A stretch of 42,217 bases of DNA from Gammaproteobacteria bacterium (GTDB lineage Bacteria; Pseudomonadota; Gammaproteobacteria; Burkholderiales; SG8-41): NCBI GenBank assembly GCA_041497655.1, contig JBGQGU010000001.1:1-42217 (forward strand), written 5' to 3'. Below, one piece after another: positions 18,370 to 26,189 of the stretch. Positions within the stretch are counted from its first letter, which is position 1. The number at the start of each line of letters is the position of its first letter. The notes under the pieces are model-generated. The model saw nothing but the letters and a program-made list of their open reading frames with translations, made no database searches and was not told the origin of the DNA. Position numbers and translations under genes: made by a program.

Positions 18370-19086
18370 TCAATATCCCCAAGTCTCGTGCCGGACTGGC
18401 AGCCGGTTCAGCTCGTCACGGTAGAACTGCCATTTAGGCATGAACTGGTCCATCAATATGATGAAGCGCCGACTATGGGTTGATTCCAGCAAGTGCACCA
18501 TCTCGTGCACAGCGATGTATTCGAGGCATTCTGGTGGTTTCTTTGCGAGTTCCGTATTGAGCCTAATATTCCTGGAGCGCACGTTGCAGCTACCCCATAA
18601 CGTTTTCATTCTTTGCACGAAGAACCTCTCGACCCTCACATCCATGAGTGGCTCCCATTTCGCTATCAATCGTGGAACAGCCTCTTTTAGCTTTTCGCGA
18701 TACCACTCTTCAAGGATGGCTTGCTTCTTTTCGTCATTTGTACCAGGTCGAATCTGCAGGACCATCTTGTTGTGCTTCAGCTCCACTCCCGGCGCCGCAT
18801 CCATTCCGCTCACCATGAGCAAGTAGCGTTTCCCCCAGAGATAATGGCTTTCGCGGTCGAGGTACTCGCGCGGGGTTTCGCGTTGCTGCTCACGCAGTTT
18901 TTGCTGTTGCTTCTTGACCCATCCGAGCTTGGAGATAGCAAATACGCGGATCGTGTCGATGTCCATCCGCAAGGGGGCTGAAATTCGGACCCTACCCGCT
19001 GGCGGGTAAACACTCAGATGGACGTTCTTGATGTCCTTTTTCACCACATCCACGGCGATATCGCCCAAGTCGATTCGCGTAACCAT
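18370..19086 (-). CDS. DUF45/YgjP-like (M48/SprT-like) zinc metallopeptidase
   Basis: HEMVHLLE zincin motif near the C-terminus in a protein of about 238 aa. The start ATG overlaps the hsdR stop (TGATG at 19084-19088). Confidence 0.75.
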   Translation of the reverse strand: MVTRIDLGDIAVDVVKKDIKNVHLSVYPPAGRVRISAPLRMDIDTIRVFAISKLGWVKKQQQKLREQQRETPREYLDRESHYLWGKRYLLMVSGMDAAPGVELKHNKMVLQIRPGTNDEKKQAILEEWYREKLKEAVPRLIAKWEPLMDVRVERFFVQRMKTLWGSCNVRSRNIRLNTELAKKPPECLEYIAVHEMVHLLESTHSRRFIILMDQFMPKWQFYRDELNRLPVRHETWGY

Positions 19087-22000
19087 CAGTATTCTCTTTG
19101 TTGCTTGATGATAAGGAAGATGCGCTCGACCTCGGCTATATCTTGCAAGACTCCATACAAGGCGGACTTAATAACTTGCTCGCGTGCCTGCACGCCGCGC
19201 CAACCGTCGGGCCGGACATGCTTGATGGCCGCATCAATCCTTATCGCAAGATCGAGAGCATGGTCTGCCGCAGGTGCGGCTGCAACGTTTACGCCGGTCG
19301 GAGCTGAGCGCCCCTTGAGGTTGTTGTATAGCGCACGCCGACCCGGTGTATTGAGTTGCTTGGGCGTGTCCTCGGCCTGACCTGCCTCCACCTTCTTGAC
19401 AAGTTCGGCGTAGCGCTTCAGAAGTTCCTCATACGCAATGGCTTTGGCTTTGCGGGCGGCGATGATCTCATCCAGGAGTGCCGACATCGTCTCGTAAAAA
19501 GCGGGATCGTTCAGGTGCTCTTTTATAATCTTGCTGCGAACGTTGTTCTCAATAGTTTCCGCCACGGCGTCCTTGTTGCCCTTCAGTCCGCCAAGCTGCT
19601 GGGAAATCGCGTTAGCAATACCAGTCTTCACGATCAGTTCCAGCAGACTCATGTCGTCAAAGGGCGAGATCTTCCTCGGCTCATCGGCCTCGATGTAGGT
19701 ATCGATGAGGTGCCGCATGTCGGCCTCGTAGGCTTTGAGGTCGAGCGTCTCGCCGCTGGCCTTGCGGATGATCTCGCGGATGTTCAGGTAGTGGTCGAGC
19801 TGCTTCTTGATGCGGCTGATGTCGACGGCGCTGTAGCCGGCGGGCTCCAGTTCGTCGGCGATGTTGGCATACGCGCGCGCCAGCGCAACGGCCGCCTTGT
19901 AGAGCGCGGCACGCTGCGGTTCGCGGCCCTTCAAGTCGGCAGCGATCTCGGTGTTGCCGCAGAAGTAATGGATGTGCTCCAGCTCGCCATTAGGCGGCTC
20001 GACTGGCTCGCAGAGCAGGGCAAGCGCTTCAATGGCGTTGTCGAGGCGCTCCTTGCCCTTCTTCAGCCGATCTTGCAGCAGCACCTCGGGCTCTGCCCCG
20101 CCAGCACTGTGGTCCAGCTCGGAGGTGTAGACCGCGATGGCGTTCTCGACCTTCTTGAAGAGGTCCTTGTAGTCCACGATGTAGCCGAAGTCCTTGTCCT
20201 CCCCATCCAGGCGGTTGACGCGGCAGATCGCCTGGAACAGGCCGTGGTCCTGCATGGACTTGTCGATGTAGAGATAGGTGCAGGGGGGTGCGTCGAAGCC
20301 GGTGAGGAGCTTGTCTACCACCACCAGCAGCTTCATGTTGGCCGGCTCCTTTGTGAAGAGCGCCTTGGCCCAGTCCTCGTAGGTCTCCGTCTTGGTCATG
20401 CCCGGCTTGGCGTCAACGTCCTTCAGCAGTTCGGTGTAGGTGTTGTAGATGAACTGCTTGTCAGTCTCGGTGTTGGCGCCGGTTTCCTCCAGCGTCACAT
20501 CCTTCGCCAATGGGTTGTAGGAAGTCACCACTGCGCACTTGCCCTTGAACGGCGTCTTCTGAAAGAGCACGAAGTACTTGCACGCCTCGTAGATGCTGGA
20601 GGCCACCAGGATGGCGTTGCCGCGGCCATTGCTAAGTCGAGGACGCTTCTTGAAGTCGCGGATGATGTCTTGAATCACCTTCCTCATTCGGGATTCGGAG
20701 CTGAGGACCGACTGCAATGTGCCCCACTGTTTCTTAAGCTCATCCTTCTGCCAGTCGTTAAGGTCTTTGGAGACCAGCTCAAACCATTCATCCACGCTTT
20801 CCTGGGAGGTGAGCCGCTGTTCGATGTCTCGCGCTTCGTAGACGAGGTCGAGCACAACTCCGTCCTCAACGCCCTCGCTGAACTTGTAGGTGTGGATGTA
20901 GCCGCCGAAGACCTCCAGGCTCGTTGCCCTGTCCTGCACCAGCAGCGGTGTGCCGGTGAAGCCGATGAACACCGCGTTGGGCATCATCGCCTTCATCACG
21001 CGGTGCAGCTTGCCGCTTTGCGTGCGGTGGCACTCGTCCACGAAGACGAAGACCTCGCCCACAGTCGGGCTGGGCTGGGCTTCCAGCTCCCTGATGAAGG
21101 CGTCGAAATCGTCTACGTCCCTGCGACCGAACTTGTGCACCAGTGAGCAAAGCAGCCGCGGCTTGGCCTGGCCGAGTTGGTTCATGAGGTCGCGGCCGCT
21201 GCTGGTGCGCTTGATCGCTTCGCCCGTCTCGGTGAAGACGCGCTCGATCTGCTTGTCCAGCTCGTCGCGGTCGGTAATGATCGCGACGCGGGCGTTGGGG
21301 TTGTTCTCCAGAATCCACTTCGCGAGCAGCACCATCACGATGCTCTTGCCGCTGCCCTGCGTGTGCCAGATGATGCCGCCCTTCTTCTCGCGCGCGTGCG
21401 CCTGCGCGGCCTTGACGCCGAAATACTGGTGCGCCCGCGGCAGCTTCTTTACTCCGCCGTCGAAGAGCACAAAATCGTGCATCAGCTCGATGAGCCGCCG
21501 CTTCTCGCACAGCTTGAGCAGATACTTGTCCAGCTTGAAGCGGCTGTCATCTGCTTCGTCTTCCTTCCACTTGAGGAAATACTTCTCCGGCGTGCCGATG
21601 GCGCCGTATTGCAGCCCCTCGGAGTCGTTGCCGGCGAATACGATCTGGACGGTCGAGAAGAACCACTCGTTGAACTCCTTCTGCTGGTTGGAGAGCAACT
21701 GGCGGATGCCGTCGCCGATGGAGACGCGGCTGTTCTTCAGTTCCAGCACGCCGATAGCGATGCCGTTCACATGCAGCACCAGATCGGGCCGCCGCTCGTG
21801 GTTGCCCTTGAGAGTCACCTCCTCGGCGATGGCGAAGTCGTTCTTCTCCGGCTCGCGCCAGTTGATGAGGCGCACGGTTTCCGTGACCTTGCCCGCCTCG
21901 ATTTTCACCGGCACGCCGTAGCGCAGCAGGGCGTAGACGGCCTGGTTGTTGCCGTAGAGCGTGCGACTGTGGTTGTCCGCCTCGGTGCGCAGTTTGTGCA

Positions 22001-22187
22001 GAGCCACGCTGATCTGCGCCGGGGCGTAGCCGCTTTTCGTGAGCCACGCGCTAAGTAGCCGCTCCTCGATGTTGCTATTGCCGTCGCGGTCGGTCCAGTC
22101 ACCAAGGTAGCGGTAGCCGAGCTCGTCGCGAAACAAGGTAATGACCCGATTCTGCGTGGCGCGCTCGGGTTGGCCAACGGTGCTCAT
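19086..22187 (-). CDS. hsdR: type I restriction endonuclease subunit R
   Basis: 1033 aa. N-terminal nuclease region (PDLVLHVNGIAIGVLELK, a PD-(D/E)xK-like D...ELK), SF2 helicase motifs HTQGSGKS, DECHRTQ and FTGTP, and a C-terminal HsdR domain. Confidence 0.95.
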   Translation of the reverse strand: MSTVGQPERATQNRVITLFRDELGYRYLGDWTDRDGNSNIEERLLSAWLTKSGYAPAQISVALHKLRTEADNHSRTLYGNNQAVYALLRYGVPVKIEAGKVTETVRLINWREPEKNDFAIAEEVTLKGNHERRPDLVLHVNGIAIGVLELKNSRVSIGDGIRQLLSNQQKEFNEWFFSTVQIVFAGNDSEGLQYGAIGTPEKYFLKWKEDEADDSRFKLDKYLLKLCEKRRLIELMHDFVLFDGGVKKLPRAHQYFGVKAAQAHAREKKGGIIWHTQGSGKSIVMVLLAKWILENNPNARVAIITDRDELDKQIERVFTETGEAIKRTSSGRDLMNQLGQAKPRLLCSLVHKFGRRDVDDFDAFIRELEAQPSPTVGEVFVFVDECHRTQSGKLHRVMKAMMPNAVFIGFTGTPLLVQDRATSLEVFGGYIHTYKFSEGVEDGVVLDLVYEARDIEQRLTSQESVDEWFELVSKDLNDWQKDELKKQWGTLQSVLSSESRMRKVIQDIIRDFKKRPRLSNGRGNAILVASSIYEACKYFVLFQKTPFKGKCAVVTSYNPLAKDVTLEETGANTETDKQFIYNTYTELLKDVDAKPGMTKTETYEDWAKALFTKEPANMKLLVVVDKLLTGFDAPPCTYLYIDKSMQDHGLFQAICRVNRLDGEDKDFGYIVDYKDLFKKVENAIAVYTSELDHSAGGAEPEVLLQDRLKKGKERLDNAIEALALLCEPVEPPNGELEHIHYFCGNTEIAADLKGREPQRAALYKAAVALARAYANIADELEPAGYSAVDISRIKKQLDHYLNIREIIRKASGETLDLKAYEADMRHLIDTYIEADEPRKISPFDDMSLLELIVKTGIANAISQQLGGLKGNKDAVAETIENNVRSKIIKEHLNDPAFYETMSALLDEIIAARKAKAIAYEELLKRYAELVKKVEAGQAEDTPKQLNTPGRRALYNNLKGRSAPTGVNVAAAPAADHALDLAIRIDAAIKHVRPDGWRGVQAREQVIKSALYGVLQDIAEVERIFLIIKQQREY

Positions 22188-23467
22188 ACCAGCCGAATCC
22201 TCCCCGTCAGCAATTCCTGCATTATGCCCTGCTTGAGCTGGCGCGCCTTGGTGAGCTTGGCTTCCAGCGCGGCGATCTCGGCGTCCATGTCGGAAAGGAC
22301 GGCGGCGATAGCGAATTGCTCGGGCAGTGCGGGGATTGGAAATTGCAGCTTGTTCAGCGCGGCAAGATTGACGACCTGCTGCGCGGAACCGGCACTTGGT
22401 GCTAATACCATTCGTCTTCCATCGGGTGAGTTGAGAAGGCAGACCATGTAGTCGGCCGAGACCTTGCTGTTCAGTCGAAGAAGTCCGACGGCGCGTGAAA
22501 TATTCGCCCCAATGAGGTCGTCAGGAATCCTGGCAGATGCCCCCGGATATCCGACCAAAGCAATCACAACATCGTTCTTCACAAGAGCTGTCCTGCTGTA
22601 TTCGGCAGCTTTCTCTCGCGAGACCATCGGCAGATCGGCTTTCACGCGCCCATCAATAATGTCTCCGCCGCGTAGCATCTTGACGCCGTTCTGGACAAAC
22701 GTCCCCGCCGTCACAATGCCGTAAGTCGCGTTCTGCGTTAGGACAACTCTCATACAAACCGTAGACCACTCTCCGCTGAACCCCGGCAGGCGCTTCTTGC
22801 CGGTGAGCAATTCTTGCATGGCGCCTTGCTTGAGCTGACGCTTCTTGGCGAGGAGTTGCTTCAGGGATTCGATGAGGGCATCCGCATCGCTCAATGCCTC
22901 GGCGATTGCTTCTTGTTCGGCTTTGGTAGGCGGAAGGGAAACCTCAAAGACTCTGAGTTGAGTCTTGCCAATTTCGAGGAAAGTGCTGCCACCACACAGA
23001 CTGATGAAGCCCTGCTTCTGCGCAAGTAAAAGATAATAGAGGAACTCGACATCGATGCTCTCGAACGGCACGAAGTTCTTGAAACCCTGGTTGGTGGAAA
23101 CAGGGACTCGGTTGATAGCGCACTCTCCGATCGTGGCTCTTGAAGTCATCACAACCGAGTTGGTAGGAATGATTTCAGCCGAACTGCTTTTTAGCCCTTG
23201 GAGCGAGATTTTTCGGCTGGTATCAGTAAGGTATTTGCCTCCATTCAAACCCGTAATGTCTGTAGGCGTGCACCAAAGTACATCTCCATCCCAGAACTGC
23301 GGTTGTGTAGTGCTTGGGGTACCTCCACTGCGAATGTCCGCAAGCTGATCCAATCGCTTAACCTCCCAATCGTCCGGTATCACCCCCACCTCGGTCTGCT
23401 TGAACCCGTCCGGCACGCGCTGATCCGCCGCTACCAAATAACCATTCTTGGCCTCTCTCACTTCCAT
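22184..23467 (-). CDS. hsdS: type I restriction-modification specificity subunit S
   Basis: Two target-recognition domains are separated and followed by conserved helices: LPPTKAEQEAIAEALSDADALIESLKQLLAKKRQLKQGAMQELLTGKKRL and IPALPEQFAIAAVLSDMDAEIAALEAKLTKARQLKQGIMQELLTGRIRL. Start ATG 23467 overlaps the hsdM end by 10 nt; the stop overlaps the hsdR ATG (ATGA at 22184-22187). Confidence 0.9.
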   Translation of the reverse strand: MEVREAKNGYLVAADQRVPDGFKQTEVGVIPDDWEVKRLDQLADIRSGGTPSTTQPQFWDGDVLWCTPTDITGLNGGKYLTDTSRKISLQGLKSSSAEIIPTNSVVMTSRATIGECAINRVPVSTNQGFKNFVPFESIDVEFLYYLLLAQKQGFISLCGGSTFLEIGKTQLRVFEVSLPPTKAEQEAIAEALSDADALIESLKQLLAKKRQLKQGAMQELLTGKKRLPGFSGEWSTVCMRVVLTQNATYGIVTAGTFVQNGVKMLRGGDIIDGRVKADLPMVSREKAAEYSRTALVKNDVVIALVGYPGASARIPDDLIGANISRAVGLLRLNSKVSADYMVCLLNSPDGRRMVLAPSAGSAQQVVNLAALNKLQFPIPALPEQFAIAAVLSDMDAEIAALEAKLTKARQLKQGIMQELLTGRIRLV

Positions 23468-25860
23468 GAGAACCCCATCTTTTCCAGGTGCCGATTCACC
23501 TTCGCCTCCATCTCGGCCACGCGGCTTTGCATTCGCGGTAACGGGGTTTCGTAGCGTTCGGCTAGCTCTTTCACGCGCTGGGTCAGTTGCTGGCTTACGC
23601 GGTCCATCTCGCCTTGGATAGCGGCATCGAGCGCGGCGAGCCACTTGTCGTCCGCCACCAGCGTTTTGATCTCGGACTCGGTTAGCTTCGGATACCTGGC
23701 GTAGGCCTGGGCGTCGAGCGTGGCCTCAGCCTCCTTGAGGCGCTTCTTAAGGTCGGCTTCTTCGCCGTTGAGTTTCAGCCAGTCGTTCAGCACGGTGGAT
23801 TCGTCCTTCGCGTCCTTGTCGCCTTCGATCTCGTTCAGCCGGGCGGCGACGTTGGCTTTGTTCACTTTGTCGAGTTCAGCAAACACCCCGTCCTCGCCGC
23901 CATGTTCTTCCTCCATCTCGGTGAGGCGGGCGGTGACGCCCTCCAGTTCGGCGGCTAGTTGGTCAATGGCCGCCTGTTCCTTGGCGAAATAGCGGGCGAC
24001 GATGAGGGCCTTGGGGATGAGGTCGCAGGTCCAGCCCTTGTCCTTCTCTTTGCCCTTCTTGTCCTTCTCGATGATGCGGGTGGTCTCTGCCTTCCAGCCG
24101 TCGGCGGCGATCAGGTAGCAGTCGTCCTGCATCGTCTCAGCCCAGTAGTCCATGAGGTGCTGGTAGATGTCGTAGGGGTCGATGAGCGGCTTCCCAGTGT
24201 AGTGAGCGAGCAAATCCTCAGCCAGGGCGGCGATGACCTGCTTGGGGTGGCAGCCAGGCTGTAGCGCCTTGAGTGTTGCGGCGCTGGTTTTCCGCCAGGC
24301 AGTGAAGTGGACGTTCATGCCGGCGATGAAGGCGGCGAACTCGGGGTGCTCGTAGATCGTGGATTTGACGACCGCCTTGTCCACGGCCAGATCAAGGTAC
24401 CCAGGACGCCTGTCTTTGAACAACGTCTTCCGAAGTCTCGGGCAAACTGCCCAATAGCGCTGGAGGGCATCCGCGTCAGCCGCAGGAATCCCTCCTTTCA
24501 GATGCCCCTCGATATCCTGGTTGTCTTCAGGCGTTTGGCTGTCGATGTAGCGCGAAAGGTTGAGGTTGAACTCGTTCTTCTCGATCTCTTCGAAGCTCAC
24601 CATGCGCGCATATTTTGGATCGCTTTCGTCCCGCCTGTTGAATACGTCCACGATCTTGTGGATGTCCTGGGCGCGCAGGCGGTTCTTGGGGCCGTCCTTC
24701 ATGAAGCCGCCGCTGGCATCGATCATGAAGATGCCTTTGCGGGCGTGGGCGTCCTCCTTGTCAATGACGACGATGCAGGCGGGGATGCCGGTGCCGTAGA
24801 AGAGGTTGGCTGGCAAGCCGATGATGCCCTTGATATAGCCCTTGCGAACGAGGTTGCGGCGGATGTCGGCCTCGACATTGCCGCGGAACAGCACGCCGTG
24901 CGGTAGGATGCACGCGCCTTTGCCGGTGCTCTTGAGCGAGCGGACTATGTGCAGCAGGTAAGCGTAGTCGCCCTGCTTGGCTGGCGGTGTGCCGAACGGC
25001 TGGAAGCGCTGGTAGGGGTCATTTAGCGGGTCGATCCCGGTGCTCCAGCGCTTGTCGGAAAACGGCGGATTAGCGACGACGTAATCGAAGGTCTTGAGCG
25101 TGTCGCCGTCCTTGTACTTGGGGTCGGCCAGCGTGTTGCCCTGCACGATGAGCGCGGTGGGGTAGTTGTGCAGAATCATATTCATGCGGGCGAGGCCGCT
25201 GGTGGCGGCGTCCTTTTCCTGCCCGTAGACCGTGAGGGAAGTGCCGGCCTCGTCGCCCACCTTCAGGAGCAGCGAGCCCGAGCCGCAGGTGGGGTCGTAG
25301 ACTGTGGTGGCGGCGCTGGTCTTCGCGTCTCGGATGCCGATGACCTGCGCCATGATGCGGCTGACCTCGGCGGGCGTGTAGAACTGGCCCTTGCTCTTGC
25401 CACTTTGGGTGGCGAAGTGCCGCATCAGGTATTCGTAGGCGTCGCCGAGGATGTCGTCGCCCTCGGCGCGGTTCTTGGAAAAGTCGAGCGCCTTGTTCTC
25501 GAAGATAGCGATCAGGTTGGTGAGCCGGTCCACCATCGCCTTGTCGGTGCCGAGCTTCGAGGCGTCGTTGAAGTCCGGCATGTCGGACAGCTTGTTGGCG
25601 TTGGCCAACGGGGCGATGATCTTCTTGTTGATCTGGTCGCCGATGTCGCTCTTGCCCTTGAGGGCGACCATGTCCTTGAAGCTGGCCCCCTTGGGAATGA
25701 CGATCGGCGCGTAGGGCACACCGGCGTATTTGTCGCTGACATACTTGATGAACAGCAGCACCAGGACATAGTCCTTGTACTGGCTCGCATCCATGCCGCC
25801 GCGCAGTTCGTCGCAGCTGGACCAGAGCGAGCTGTAGAGTTCTGATTTCTTGATTGCCAT
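23458..25860 (-). CDS. hsdM: type I restriction-modification methyltransferase subunit M (long form with about 350-aa coiled-coil C-terminal extension)
   Basis: HsdM_N-like N-terminus (LWSSCDELRGGMDASQYKDYVLVLLFIKYVSDK), SAM motif DPTCGSGSLL and catalytic NPPF (VVANPPFSDKRW). A Lys/Glu-rich extension ends in ERYETPLPRMQSRVAEMEAKVNRHLEKMG. Confidence 0.95.
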   Translation of the reverse strand: MAIKKSELYSSLWSSCDELRGGMDASQYKDYVLVLLFIKYVSDKYAGVPYAPIVIPKGASFKDMVALKGKSDIGDQINKKIIAPLANANKLSDMPDFNDASKLGTDKAMVDRLTNLIAIFENKALDFSKNRAEGDDILGDAYEYLMRHFATQSGKSKGQFYTPAEVSRIMAQVIGIRDAKTSAATTVYDPTCGSGSLLLKVGDEAGTSLTVYGQEKDAATSGLARMNMILHNYPTALIVQGNTLADPKYKDGDTLKTFDYVVANPPFSDKRWSTGIDPLNDPYQRFQPFGTPPAKQGDYAYLLHIVRSLKSTGKGACILPHGVLFRGNVEADIRRNLVRKGYIKGIIGLPANLFYGTGIPACIVVIDKEDAHARKGIFMIDASGGFMKDGPKNRLRAQDIHKIVDVFNRRDESDPKYARMVSFEEIEKNEFNLNLSRYIDSQTPEDNQDIEGHLKGGIPAADADALQRYWAVCPRLRKTLFKDRRPGYLDLAVDKAVVKSTIYEHPEFAAFIAGMNVHFTAWRKTSAATLKALQPGCHPKQVIAALAEDLLAHYTGKPLIDPYDIYQHLMDYWAETMQDDCYLIAADGWKAETTRIIEKDKKGKEKDKGWTCDLIPKALIVARYFAKEQAAIDQLAAELEGVTARLTEMEEEHGGEDGVFAELDKVNKANVAARLNEIEGDKDAKDESTVLNDWLKLNGEEADLKKRLKEAEATLDAQAYARYPKLTESEIKTLVADDKWLAALDAAIQGEMDRVSQQLTQRVKELAERYETPLPRMQSRVAEMEAKVNRHLEKMGFSWK

Positions 25861-25873
25861 TAATTACGGGTTC

Positions 25874-26170
25874 TCAGAGCGCGCATTGAATCCGGTGAAA
25901 AGACCTTCCGCCATCTGCTTGGTAGTCTGGTCTAGGCCCACCAAACGTCTTGTCTGAGACTGTTAGCCGCGAAATCTCATCCATAGCATAGGTTCGCCAG
26001 CCCGGGCCCTCTTTGGACTCGCTCCCACCATGGAGAAACCAAGCATTTAAAACGAGCTTCCCAGTCTTGCTAAAAGCAACCATGTGCGGCTCAACAGTAC
26101 GTTCGCCACCCTTGTACGAAAATGAAATTAGTCGCCGCCCAGCGATTGCGTGACAGATCTCATTCTGCAT
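25874..26170 (-). CDS. 98-aa stand-alone WYL-like domain protein (no HTH)
   Basis: RRLISFSYKGGERTVEPHMVAFSKTGKLVLNAWFLHGGSESKEGPGWRTYAMDEISRLTVSDKTF matches the WYL pattern (l.f.Y...R.veP..l....g.w.l.a......W+.f.ld.I..l......F). RBS GGAGGGGA. There are 13 nt to the hsdM start and 19 nt from the upstream gene stop. Confidence 0.5.
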   Translation of the reverse strand: MQNEICHAIAGRRLISFSYKGGERTVEPHMVAFSKTGKLVLNAWFLHGGSESKEGPGWRTYAMDEISRLTVSDKTFGGPRPDYQADGGRSFHRIQCAL

Positions 26171-26189
26171 ACCTTCGTCCCCTCCACTC

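Noticed and set aside
19356-21146. 596-aa + strand ORF inside hsdR, and similar long ORFs opposite hsdM (25168..25845), the Bug genes (10187..11152), UbiD (12433..13494) and int (30633..31598)
   Set aside because: All lie antisense to genes with unambiguous family motifs, have biased Leu/Val/Arg/Gly composition and show no recognisable domains.
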